A stretch of DNA of 64,000 nt, from contig CAYOVN010000001.1 of the NCBI GenBank assembly GCA_964407425.1, positions 2,381 to 66,380 on the forward strand, given 5' to 3'. The DNA is from an uncultured Gemmatimonadaceae bacterium. GTDB lineage: Bacteria; Gemmatimonadota; Gemmatimonadetes; Longimicrobiales; Gaopeijiaceae. The position numbers were made by a program, and so were the translations under genes. How positions within the stretch are numbered: position 1 is the first letter of the stretch; every line of letters begins with the position of its first letter. Below the pieces are notes generated by a model. That model was given only the letters and a program-made list of their open reading frames with translations, was not told the DNA's origin and made no database searches. Positions 25,313 to 34,292 of this stretch are shown here, piece by piece.

Positions 25313-27448
25313 GTGAGCCGACCTCACGCCCAAGGAGAGGGCCCCGCCTTCGGTGAAGGCGGGGCCCTCCTGCTTTCCAATTTTACCCCTTCTCGCCTGG
25401 GCAGGAGAGCTATCCGATCTCTGGGGCTCCTTTCGGCCCTTGTGCTCCTTTCTCTGGGAACACCCGGGGCCACCCGGGGCCAGGTCGGGGAATGGAACGA
25501 TTTACGGGTCCTTCAGATGGTTCGGGACGCCAGAGAGGTTCGTGAGGGCCTCGTTCAGGATTCCACCCTCCGCTCGTACTCCTCCACGGCCCAGGGTTTC
25601 GTGTATTTCTACCTGGACCGGGGTGACACGGGTGAGCGGATCCTGGTAAAAACCGACCAGATCGCCCTGGAGGTGTACTGGCAAACCCCGGATCGATTCA
25701 AGCAGCGGATCGTGGGATTGCGGGACGAAAAGAGTCTTCCCACGAACATCCAGTACCACATGGATCACCTTGTGGTGGTCCAGGACGAGTTCGGGGATTT
25801 GATACGAATCGGAGACGGGGACGAGGTGGAGGCGGTGACCCACCCGGCGGCCCCTGGCTCCGAGTCGGTCTATGACTTCCTCCTTGCCGACTCCGTGACG
25901 CTCACTCTCCCCTCGACCGGGGACACGATCCGTGTATACGAAATCCAGGTACGACCCCAGGATTTCGACGCTCCTGGCTTCGTAGGAAGCGTCTACCTGG
26001 ATCGGACAACCAAAGCCATCGTCCGAATGTCCTTCACCTTCACCCCGGCTTCCTACGTCGACTCCTATCTGGATCATATCAGCATCTCGCTGGAGAACGG
26101 CCTGTGGGAAGGAAGATACTGGCTACCCTACCGGCAAAGCCTGGAGATTCGGCGGGAGGTCCCCTACCTGGACTTCCCCGCCGGGAGTGTGATTCGAGGG
26201 TCCTTCGAAGTGGGGGAATATGAAATCAACCCCCCCATTCCCTCCAACTTCTTCACGGGCCGGACGATCACCGCCCTTCCACCAAGTGTCAGGGATACCT
26301 TCCCCTTCCAGGAGGATATTCACGCTCAGTTGGAGGAAGAGGGCCTGGGCGGGTTCGCTCCTCCCCCCGAGATGGACGAGATCCGCTCCCTGGCTTTTTC
26401 CATCGCCAAGAACGAGTACATGAGCGGCCTTGGTCGGAGCAGGATCTTCCTTCCATCCCCAGCCGTTTCATCCGCCCTCCGGTACAACCGGGCCGAAGGA
26501 CTCGCCCTGGGAGCCGGCATCTCCCACACACCCATTCCAAACCTCGGCCTGGCCCTCTACGGCGGGTTCTCCGTCGGCCGGGAGCGTCCGGTCCTCATGG
26601 CTCGGATCAATGGTGGACAGTCCCTACCGGCCCTGAGCCTTTCGGGGTTCTGGAACAAGCCAATGGACCTGGGTCCCGTGAAGGCCATCAGCGGGGTGAT
26701 GAATACCCTGACCTCCCTTACGGTACAGGACGATTACACCGACCTGTTCTTCAGCACCGGCTTGGCGGCCCATCATACCCTCCCGGCAGGAGAAGGGAAT
26801 GAGGTGAACCTTTCCCTCCGGTGGGAACAGCACCGCTCCGGCAGGGATGTGGTTTCCTCCGATCCCGCAGATTCCGGGTTCCGCCCTGTGATTCCGGTGG
26901 ATGAGGGTGTCTGGACCTCCATCGGAATCGGGACAGCCCTTCAAACGCCGTGGCCTAACCTGAAGGTGAGGGGTGAAGGGCTCTGGGGCCGTTTCAAGGA
27001 CCAGAACTTTGGTTCGGTCCTCCTGGCCCTCGACTACCGCCGACGTTGGCTCAGTCGGGGAACAGAGGTGTTGGTGGACCTCCAGGGAGCTGAGTTGATG
27101 GGGGCTCCGCCCACCCAGGCCGAACACTACCTGGGCGGGCGACTATCCGTCCCCGGATATGGTTTCCGATCCAAAACCGGAGACCGCTTCTGGCTCCTGC
27201 GAACCGAAGCCTCCACCGAGGTCCTTCACCCCTTCGTCCGCGTAAGGGCCTTCGGGGCCGCCGGAGAGGTCAGCAGGGAGCTCCTGGACCCGTCCCCAAC
27301 CAGGCAAACCTCCTCCCTCCTTTCAGCTGGACTCGGCCTGGGACTGGGCTGGGACATACTTCGCCTCGACCTTGCCCGGGGCCTCAGAGGGGATGGCGAC
27401 TGGGAGTTGATGCTCTGGGTGAAGAAGGATTTCTGGCCCTGGCTCTAG
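25313..27448 (+). CDS. Hypothetical secreted or outer-membrane protein (about 710 aa); start codon uncertain
   Basis: Long GC3-rich ORF. An internal signal-peptide-like segment RRAIRSLGLLSALVLLSLGTPGATRG sits at nt ~25403-25480. The C-terminal half has a beta-strand-like alternation (RYNRAEGLALGAGISH...). The track ATG at 25079 lies inside the sigma gene. GTG 25313 is the first in-frame start after the sigma stop, but it includes the hairpin. Confidence 0.5.
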   Translation: MSRPHAQGEGPAFGEGGALLLSNFTPSRLGRRAIRSLGLLSALVLLSLGTPGATRGQVGEWNDLRVLQMVRDAREVREGLVQDSTLRSYSSTAQGFVYFYLDRGDTGERILVKTDQIALEVYWQTPDRFKQRIVGLRDEKSLPTNIQYHMDHLVVVQDEFGDLIRIGDGDEVEAVTHPAAPGSESVYDFLLADSVTLTLPSTGDTIRVYEIQVRPQDFDAPGFVGSVYLDRTTKAIVRMSFTFTPASYVDSYLDHISISLENGLWEGRYWLPYRQSLEIRREVPYLDFPAGSVIRGSFEVGEYEINPPIPSNFFTGRTITALPPSVRDTFPFQEDIHAQLEEEGLGGFAPPPEMDEIRSLAFSIAKNEYMSGLGRSRIFLPSPAVSSALRYNRAEGLALGAGISHTPIPNLGLALYGGFSVGRERPVLMARINGGQSLPALSLSGFWNKPMDLGPVKAISGVMNTLTSLTVQDDYTDLFFSTGLAAHHTLPAGEGNEVNLSLRWEQHRSGRDVVSSDPADSGFRPVIPVDEGVWTSIGIGTALQTPWPNLKVRGEGLWGRFKDQNFGSVLLALDYRRRWLSRGTEVLVDLQGAELMGAPPTQAEHYLGGRLSVPGYGFRSKTGDRFWLLRTEASTEVLHPFVRVRAFGAAGEVSRELLDPSPTRQTSSLLSAGLGLGLGWDILRLDLARGLRGDGDWELMLWVKKDFWPWL
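25337..25369 (+). terminator. GC-rich hairpin 32 nt after the sigma-factor stop (12-bp stem, loop TTCGGTGAA)
   Basis: GAGGGCCCCGCC / GGCGGGGCCCTC is a perfect inverted repeat, followed by CTGCTTTCCAATTTTA (a modest T-run). Confidence 0.5.
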
Positions 27449-27525
27449 TAGCCTGACCTATCCGCCAGACATGGCCAAACGGTGGGCCCACCGCCCAACC
27501 AGCCACCGGTCCAACCGCCCCCCCC

Positions 27526-27879
27526 CTAGTCTCCAGCTTCCACCGCCTGAGGAGGACTCAGGAGGACGAGCTCCCGGACGTTCACATCAGCTGTGGGAAT
27601 GCTGACTCCGTCTCGCTCATAGGAGTCGTACTCGAGGCGGCCTTCCACGTAGATCCGGTCACCCTTTGAGACATAGTCCTGAGCGAACTGGGCCAGGCGA
27701 TTCCAGAGGGTCAGGCGGTGCCAATCCGCCCGCTCCTCGGGTTCCTCCCCGGACCCGTTCGTCCGGCGGTTCGTGGCAAGAGAAAAGTGGGCGACCTTGG
27801 TCCCGTTTCCCGTCTCCTGGATATCAGGATCCTGCCCGACGTTTCCCACCAGGATGATCTTGTTCACCGATCGACTCAT
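27526..27879 (-). CDS. ssb: Single-stranded DNA-binding protein, short form without the acidic C-terminal tip
   Basis: MSRSVNKIILVGNVGQDPDIQETGNGTKVAHFSLATN...ADWHRLTLWNRLAQFAQDYVSKGDRIYVEGRLEYDSY is an OB-fold SSB signature. It ends ..PPQAVEAGD with no D-D-D-I-P-F-type tail. Confidence 0.85.
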   Translation of the reverse strand: MSRSVNKIILVGNVGQDPDIQETGNGTKVAHFSLATNRRTNGSGEEPEERADWHRLTLWNRLAQFAQDYVSKGDRIYVEGRLEYDSYERDGVSIPTADVNVRELVLLSPPQAVEAGD

Positions 27880-28004
27880 TCGTCCCCTCCGTGGCTTGGG
27901 TTCACCGACGCCGCCTCCCACAGTGGGAAGGGGCCGTCTTCGGAAGGGAGTATGGAAGGCGGTTGGGGGCTCCTACATGGCGGGCTGGGCCCTGTGTGGA
28001 TCCG

Positions 28005-30794
28005 TCAGGTTTTGCAGGCGTACCAGCTGTTCCCTACGCCGAAGTCCACGGCCAGGGGGACATTCAACTCCATGGCGCCCTCCATCTCCTCCACAACCAT
28101 CCTCCCGACTTCGTCGATCTGCTCTTCGGGAACCTCCAGGAGGAGTTCGTCATGAACCTGAAGAAGGAGTTTGGCTTCCGGGAAACGGTCCTCAAGAAGC
28201 ATCTGAATTCGGATCATGGCGACCTTGATGAGATCGGCCGCCGTCCCCTGGATCGGCGTGTTTTGGGCGATTCGTTCTCCAAACTGCCTGACGTTGAAGT
28301 TCCTCGCCTCCATCTCGGGTATGTACCGGCGGCGGCCGATGAGGGTTTCGACGAATCCCTGTTCCCGGGCGAGATCCACTTGTTTGTCGAGGAACGCCCG
28401 TACACCGGAGAAGCGTAGGAAGTACTCCTCGATGAAGGATTTGGCCTCGTCCCTCGAGACATCCAGCTGTTTGGCCAGTGAGAAATCCCCCTGCCCGTAG
28501 AGGGTGGCGAAATTGATGGTCTTCGCCCGAGACCTCATTTCCGAGGTCACGTCCTCCAGCGCCACATCGAAGATGACTGATGCCGTTTGCTTGTGGACGT
28601 CGATCCCTTCACGGAAGGCCCGGACGAAAGCTTCGTCCCCGGAGAAGTGAGCCAGAATCCTCAGTTCGATTTGGGAGTAGTCGGCACCGAAGAAGAGGCA
28701 CCCCTCATCAGCGACGAACCCCTTCCGGATCTCCCGCCCCAATTCGGTTCGGATAGGAATATTCTGAAGGTTGGGATCGCTGGAGGAGAGGCGACCCGTA
28801 GCGGCCACCGTCTGGTTGAAGCTCGTGTGGAGCCGGCTGGTTTCCCGGTTCACCAAACGAGGGAGGGCGTCCACGTACGTATTGCGGAGTTTCTCCAGTT
28901 GCCTGTACTCGAGGAGCTGGGTTGGAAGGGAGTGCCCCATTCCGGCCAACTCTTCCAGAACCGACGCGTCGGTGGAGGGGCCGGTCTTGGTCTTTTTGAT
29001 GACGGGAAGGCCGAGCTTCTCGAATAGGATTTCCCTAAGCTGCTGGGTTGAGTTCAGGTTGAACTCCTCCCCGGCCAGGTCGACCACTTCCTTCCGGAGG
29101 GAGGCCAGGTCCTCCTCCAGCTTCGAGTTCATGGCCCGGAAAAAGGGAACATCGATCCGAATCCCGTTGGACTCCATCCGGGCCAGTACGGGCACCAGAG
29201 GCATCTCCAGATCCCTGAAAAGGGAGTCGAGGGTCTGCTCTTTCAGCTGGGGCTCGAACAACTTCCTGAGACGGAGGGTGAAGTCGGCGTCTTCGCACGC
29301 GTATTCCCGCGCTTTGTCCAGGCCCACCTCGGCGAAGGAGATCTGCTTCTTTCCCTTCCCGGCCACTTCCGAGTAGGGGATCATCCTGTGCCCGAGGAGG
29401 TTTACGGCGAGGGCGTCCAGGCTGTGCTGCCTCCGATTCGGGTCCAGGACATAAGAGGCCACCATCGTGTCGAAACCCACGCCCCGGACCTTCACGCCAG
29501 CCCGCTCGAACACGATGAGGTCGTACTTCAGATTCTGCCCGGTCTTCTCGATCTCCGAGTCCTCGAGAAGCTCGAACAGGGGCCTCATAGGGGGCGAGAG
29601 GAGGGGCGGGAGGTTGGCCGGGGCCCCGGCACCTCCGTCGTCCAACGCCAGCTCCCCCGAACGCCGATGGGCCAGGGGAATGTAGCAGGCCTCTCCCAGT
29701 ATCCATGAGAGGGAAATCCCAACCAGGTCGGCTCTGGTGGCATCCTGACTCGTGGTCTCCGTATCTACCGACACGGTACCAGCTGACCGTATCCCCTGAA
29801 CGATCTCGGCCACCTCGTCCGGGGTCCGCACCAAGGTGTAGGTGACTGGAATCTCCTCCACAACCGGTGTAGAGACATCCCCTCCCAGCTTCTTCCCGGG
29901 ACCCGTGAACCGCTCAGCCAGCCGACGGAAATCCAACTCCACGAATAGCTTCCGAAGCCGTTCCCGGTCCGGTTCCTTCACCTCGAGCAAGCCCAGGTCG
30001 AGGTCAATGGGGACGTCGGTCTGGATGGTGACCAGTTTCTTGGAAAGACGGACAAGATCAGCGTTTTCCGTGAGGGATTCCCGGGCACGTTTCCCTGAGA
30101 GCCCCGGAGCATGGTCAAGGATGTTTTCCAGGTCCTCGAACTCATTCAGAAGCTTCACCGCGGTTTTGGGACCGATCCCCGGGGCACCGGGCACGTTGTC
30201 CGAGGAGTCTCCGATGAGGGCCAGATAGTCGGGAATCTTCTCCGGGGGGATTCCGAATTTGTCTCCCGCATTGGATTCATCCACCCATTCCGGGGCCACC
30301 CCGGTAGGCCCACCACGGCCTGGATTCAGAAGAAACACCCCGGGTCCAACCAGCTGGTAGAGATCCTTGTCCCCTGATACGATGACGGCTTCCAACCCGG
30401 CCTCCCGGGCCTTCAGAGCCAGCGTGCCGATGACATCGTCGGCCTCGTAACCGTCCACCTCCACCACTGGATCGTGGAAGGCCTCCACCATCTCTCGAAT
30501 CCGGGGAAGGCTGGCGGCGAGTTCGTCGGGCATCTTCTCCCGGGTAGCTTTGTACTCCGGGTACATCTCCTCCCGCTTGCTCATCCCCTTATCGAAGACG
30601 ATCGCCAGGTAGTCCGGCTGGTGGTTCTCACGGATGGAGAGAAGGAAATTGGCGAACCCGAAAGGGGCCGAGGTGTTTTCGCCCCGTGAATTGGTGAGAG
30701 GACGATTGATAAAGGCAAAAAACGCCCGGTAAATCAGAGCATACGCATCGACTAGAAAAAGGCGAGGAGCCTCTTTGGGAGGGGTTTCAACCAT
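28005..30794 (-). CDS. polA: DNA polymerase I
   Basis: 5' nuclease region (LFLVDAYALIYRAFFA), 3'-5' exonuclease region (VSVDTETTS), and polymerase motifs A (LFFGADYSQIELRILAH), B (RSRAKTINFATLYG) and C (LLQVHDELLLE). Confidence 0.97.
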   Translation of the reverse strand: MVETPPKEAPRLFLVDAYALIYRAFFAFINRPLTNSRGENTSAPFGFANFLLSIRENHQPDYLAIVFDKGMSKREEMYPEYKATREKMPDELAASLPRIREMVEAFHDPVVEVDGYEADDVIGTLALKAREAGLEAVIVSGDKDLYQLVGPGVFLLNPGRGGPTGVAPEWVDESNAGDKFGIPPEKIPDYLALIGDSSDNVPGAPGIGPKTAVKLLNEFEDLENILDHAPGLSGKRARESLTENADLVRLSKKLVTIQTDVPIDLDLGLLEVKEPDRERLRKLFVELDFRRLAERFTGPGKKLGGDVSTPVVEEIPVTYTLVRTPDEVAEIVQGIRSAGTVSVDTETTSQDATRADLVGISLSWILGEACYIPLAHRRSGELALDDGGAGAPANLPPLLSPPMRPLFELLEDSEIEKTGQNLKYDLIVFERAGVKVRGVGFDTMVASYVLDPNRRQHSLDALAVNLLGHRMIPYSEVAGKGKKQISFAEVGLDKAREYACEDADFTLRLRKLFEPQLKEQTLDSLFRDLEMPLVPVLARMESNGIRIDVPFFRAMNSKLEEDLASLRKEVVDLAGEEFNLNSTQQLREILFEKLGLPVIKKTKTGPSTDASVLEELAGMGHSLPTQLLEYRQLEKLRNTYVDALPRLVNRETSRLHTSFNQTVAATGRLSSSDPNLQNIPIRTELGREIRKGFVADEGCLFFGADYSQIELRILAHFSGDEAFVRAFREGIDVHKQTASVIFDVALEDVTSEMRSRAKTINFATLYGQGDFSLAKQLDVSRDEAKSFIEEYFLRFSGVRAFLDKQVDLAREQGFVETLIGRRRYIPEMEARNFNVRQFGERIAQNTPIQGTAADLIKVAMIRIQMLLEDRFPEAKLLLQVHDELLLEVPEEQIDEVGRMVVEEMEGAMELNVPLAVDFGVGNSWYACKT

Positions 30795-31003
30795 GAACCA
30801 TTCTTTGCCGGGTGATCGTGGGGAGACTGCTGAGCCGATCCGTTCCGAATAACGTCGGCCGCCTCCAGCCCCATCTCAGTTTCGCGAATCTCGAATCGGA
30901 CTTCGTCACCCCGAGCCAGTTTCCGGAGACCTTCTGCAAGAAGCCTTCGTTTCAGAACAGGCAGGAAGATGACGGTTCGGTGAAGGAGCCGTCAAGGAAG
31001 AAG

Positions 31004-33376
31004 TCAGGAGTTCGGAAGGTTGTTACCCCCGGATCCGACTCCCCCCCCGTAGAGCCAAGTAAAGATGGCCCGGTTGGCCGTAACGTTCTTTACGTAGCCC
31101 CTGGTCTCATCGAAGGGGATCCGTTCCACAAAGAGGGGCCAATCCCCGGCTTCCGGATACTCTTTCCATCGGTTCGCCCTGGTGGGTCCAGCGTTGTAGG
31201 CCGAGAGAATGATGGGAAGGTCGTTCCCGAATCTCCGGCGCATGTCCACGAAAAACGCCACGCCCAGATGGATGTTGATCTCGGCCACATATAGGTGGTC
31301 GTCTGCCCTGAATGGGGTGATCCCTCTAGCCCGGGCCAGCTCCCTTCCAGTGGAGGGAAGGACCTGCATGAGGCCCCGGGCGTCGGCCCGGGAGAGGGCC
31401 TCCAGCCAGAAAGCCGACTCCTGCCGGATGAGGCCTGCCATCAGGAAGGGGTCCGCCTCCCGATCCCGGGCTTCCTCGATCAAGAGTTCCCTGTAGGGGA
31501 ATGGATAGATGGCCGCAAGGAGATCCCGGTCCCAGGCACGTCCCTCCCTCCGAAGCTCCCAACCCAGGTTGATCCCTTCCCGGGTGAAGCCTCTGGCGTT
31601 CAGCTCCCTCGCCAACCGCAGGAGAGTCCCCTGCCTTCGTTCCAGATCGGTGTCGGACCGGAGGCGGGTGGCCAGATCCTGGGCCTCCCACTCAGCACCT
31701 TCCTGAAGGCCGATGAACTTCAGAAGATCGATTTCGGCCAGGCCCTCCTGGACAAAAGCCGGGAAGGGAAGGGTGTCCCGGGCTTCCGGAATGCCCGGAG
31801 CGAAGGGCTCCCCGAGTAACTCGCCGGCGATGACGGTATAGTAGGAAAGGGGCGCTCCAGCCTGAAGCCGGTGCAACGTTTCCCGCCCCTCCTCATCTCG
31901 ATCCAGAGAAAGGAGGGTCCGTCCCGCCCAGAAACCCGCCTCATCCCATCGGCGCCCCTCGGGGAATTCCTCCTGGTAGGCCAGGTAGATCTCGAGAGCG
32001 TCCTCTTCCCTACCCATTCCGAGAAAGAGTTGGCCCATCCTCATCCGGGCCTGCCCCGCAAGATTGTGCGCGGTGGCCGCTTCCACAGTGGCCCTGTATC
32101 CTCGAATCGCCCCCTCCCGATCTCCCCGATCCTGGAGGGCATCGGCCCGATTGAAGAGGATTTCCACTGCCTCGCCCCGTTCGGGAAACCGCTCCACCAA
32201 CTCGTCCTGAACCGCCCTCACCTCCCCGCTTCGACCCAGCTGTCTCAGGGCCAGGACTTGGAGCGCCAGGGCTGGGGCAGCGAGCGACGCCTCCGTGGCC
32301 CCGACCAACTCCCCAAGGAGGGCAAGGGCTCGGCCGCCCTGTCCCAAGTTCAGATGGCTCCGGGCCCGCGCCAACTGGACGCTGCCCGGGGGTGGAGAAG
32401 GGGACAGGCTCTCATATTCGGCGTAGGCCTCCAGGGCATCGCCGTGTCGGCCCCCGGCGGCCAGAGCCCTGGCTCCAGCCAAAGCAATCCCGACCGAGTC
32501 GAAGCCCAAAACCAGGAGGTGCTCTCCCGCCCGGAGTCCGGCCCGACCGGTATTGGGAAGTTCCAGAACTTCATGGAAAGCCCCTTTGGCACCGGATGAA
32601 TCTCCCCTGGCGAGCCGCAGTACCCCCACCCGATCCCAGGCCTCCGCCTGATCGGAGGCGTCGGAGAGAGACGGCAGCGCACTCCAATACGCCGCTTCCG
32701 CTCCCGTTGAATCCCCTGCCGCCAACAAAGAAGCCGGCAACAGGTCCCAGCCCAGATGCCGGACCTCGTTTTCTCCCACCAGGGACAGGGCCAGGCGGGT
32801 CACCTCCCGAGCTCCCTCCCCGGAAGCCTTTCTCGCCACCTCCAGGGCCACCCAATCCGCCATCCCTCGACCCGTTTCCCCTACCTCAGCGATATCAACC
32901 AACGCCTCCTGATACATACCCAGGCGTCCCCGAAGCCTGGATCGCCTCACCCGAACCTCCATCCCGTCCACCCCTTCGGCGGAAGCTTCGGACCCAAGAC
33001 TCTGGGTGTATGCGGAATCCGCCTCCGACCAGAGGCCCTCCCCCTCCATGGCTCTTCCCAGGAGATACCATGCCTCCCCTCCCTCCAACTTCCCCGCGGC
33101 CAATGAACCTTCCAGAAGCCCCCGGACCCTGGACCAGTTTTTCCAGCCCAGTTCCGCCCTGGCCATCAACAAGGTCAGGTCGACGTCATCTCCTGGCCCC
33201 TCCGGAAACAAGACGCTCAGCCGCCGGGAGGCGTGCCAGTGTCGGCCCCGGGCCATCTCCATGCGCACCGTGTCCATGGCCGCTTCGGTTTCGGGCGATA
33301 GGGGGGAAGCGCCCGGAGGGGGGGCGTCCGCCGGTTGAGTTTGGAGAAGAAAAGCGAGGAGGAGACTAGAAATCAT
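31004..33376 (-). CDS. Soluble lytic murein transglycosylase (Slt70-like, TPR/superhelical N-terminal domain plus SLT domain)
   Basis: Signal peptide. A long Ala/Leu-rich repeat region. The C-terminal SLT domain has GLIRQESAFW...ARGLMQVLPSTG...AYNAGP. Confidence 0.85.
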   Translation of the reverse strand: MISSLLLAFLLQTQPADAPPPGASPLSPETEAAMDTVRMEMARGRHWHASRRLSVLFPEGPGDDVDLTLLMARAELGWKNWSRVRGLLEGSLAAGKLEGGEAWYLLGRAMEGEGLWSEADSAYTQSLGSEASAEGVDGMEVRVRRSRLRGRLGMYQEALVDIAEVGETGRGMADWVALEVARKASGEGAREVTRLALSLVGENEVRHLGWDLLPASLLAAGDSTGAEAAYWSALPSLSDASDQAEAWDRVGVLRLARGDSSGAKGAFHEVLELPNTGRAGLRAGEHLLVLGFDSVGIALAGARALAAGGRHGDALEAYAEYESLSPSPPPGSVQLARARSHLNLGQGGRALALLGELVGATEASLAAPALALQVLALRQLGRSGEVRAVQDELVERFPERGEAVEILFNRADALQDRGDREGAIRGYRATVEAATAHNLAGQARMRMGQLFLGMGREEDALEIYLAYQEEFPEGRRWDEAGFWAGRTLLSLDRDEEGRETLHRLQAGAPLSYYTVIAGELLGEPFAPGIPEARDTLPFPAFVQEGLAEIDLLKFIGLQEGAEWEAQDLATRLRSDTDLERRQGTLLRLARELNARGFTREGINLGWELRREGRAWDRDLLAAIYPFPYRELLIEEARDREADPFLMAGLIRQESAFWLEALSRADARGLMQVLPSTGRELARARGITPFRADDHLYVAEINIHLGVAFFVDMRRRFGNDLPIILSAYNAGPTRANRWKEYPEAGDWPLFVERIPFDETRGYVKNVTANRAIFTWLYGGGVGSGGNNLPNS

Positions 33377-33410
33377 GGGCCCTCTGGCGGTCCATTATCA
33401 GAAATAAGGA

Positions 33411-33443
33411 GAAGAGGCCACCCCGCCATGGGGTGGCCTCTTC
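33411..33443 (-). terminator. Strong intrinsic terminator downstream of the MotA/ExbB-family gene
   Basis: Perfect 14-bp stem GAAGAGGCCACCCC/GGGGTGGCCTCTTC with a 5-nt loop. On the minus strand it is followed by TCCTTATTTCTG. Confidence 0.75.
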
Positions 33444-33464
33444 GAACTGCTTGCTGTGGCTCGA

Positions 33465-34175
33465 TTAGGAAGCCGAAGCCTGCCTACCCCGCTCGATGGC
33501 GTGGAGGGCGTCGATCATCTTCTGCGCCGACTCTTCCATGTCGATGACCAGAGCATCGATCCGAGCGACAAAGTAGTTATGGAAGATGCTCATAGGAATG
33601 GCGATTGCCAGACCAAATGCCGTCGTAAGCAGTGCGACCTTAATACCACCAGCCACCAGCGTCGCCTCAACCTCCCCCGCAGCCTCGATGGACTGGAAGG
33701 CGATGATCATCCCGATCACCGTACCCAGGAACCCAAGAAGGGGCCCGACGTTGGTGAGGGTAGCCAGAACAACAAGACCCTTTTCAAGCTTGCTCAGCTC
33801 GATCAGACCTTGGTTCTCAATGGCTTTCATAACCCGCTCAGTACCTTCCTCATGCCGCTCGAGCCCAGCATAAAGAATGTTGGCACCCGGATTCGCTGCT
33901 TCCCGAGTCACCTCGAGAGCTTCGTCTATCCTTTGGGCAGCCAGGAGTTCGTCCACATTGCGGAGAGTTTTCCGGGTGGTACCCGTCGTCATAAAGAGAC
34001 TAAAGAACTTCCAGAGAATGACCAGAATGCCCAGGACGAGGCAGAATGCCAGCGGGTAAACCATGAACCCTGTGGCTTCCCAATAAAATGGGATGGCTTC
34101 TTGCCATGTCATCTCCACTGTTTCCATGCCAGGAATCTGAAGCAGAGCACCGTAAATGTTCGCTAAGCCCACCAA
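33465..34175 (-). CDS. MotA/TolQ/ExbB proton-channel family protein
   Basis: Three TM segments. Contains LATLTNVGPLLGFLGTVIGMI and VALLTTAFGLAIAIPMSIFHNYF, the family hallmarks. Confidence 0.85.
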   Translation of the reverse strand: MVGLANIYGALLQIPGMETVEMTWQEAIPFYWEATGFMVYPLAFCLVLGILVILWKFFSLFMTTGTTRKTLRNVDELLAAQRIDEALEVTREAANPGANILYAGLERHEEGTERVMKAIENQGLIELSKLEKGLVVLATLTNVGPLLGFLGTVIGMIIAFQSIEAAGEVEATLVAGGIKVALLTTAFGLAIAIPMSIFHNYFVARIDALVIDMEESAQKMIDALHAIERGRQASAS

Positions 34176-34292
34176 GAGGACCTCCTACTGTAGCGGTCGT
34201 CATGCCAAAAAACTGATCCACCCTCAGATTGGAGGAGTGGACGAGTACAGTCCCATTAAGGCTTGGCAAGATGGAGATCGCTCCAAGGCGTG

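Noticed and set aside
27480-27493. A perfect 14-nt palindrome CGGTGGGCCCACCG between the convergent outer-membrane-protein and ssb genes
   Set aside because: It has no loop, so it is a poor hairpin terminator. It occurs once and could be a chance GC palindrome. I noted it but do not consider it a supported feature.
33465-34175. The orphan MotA/ExbB-like gene as a Zorya (ZorA) type defense component
   Set aside because: ZorA proteins are much larger, with a long coiled-coil tail, and are co-encoded with ZorB plus effector genes. None of these is present.
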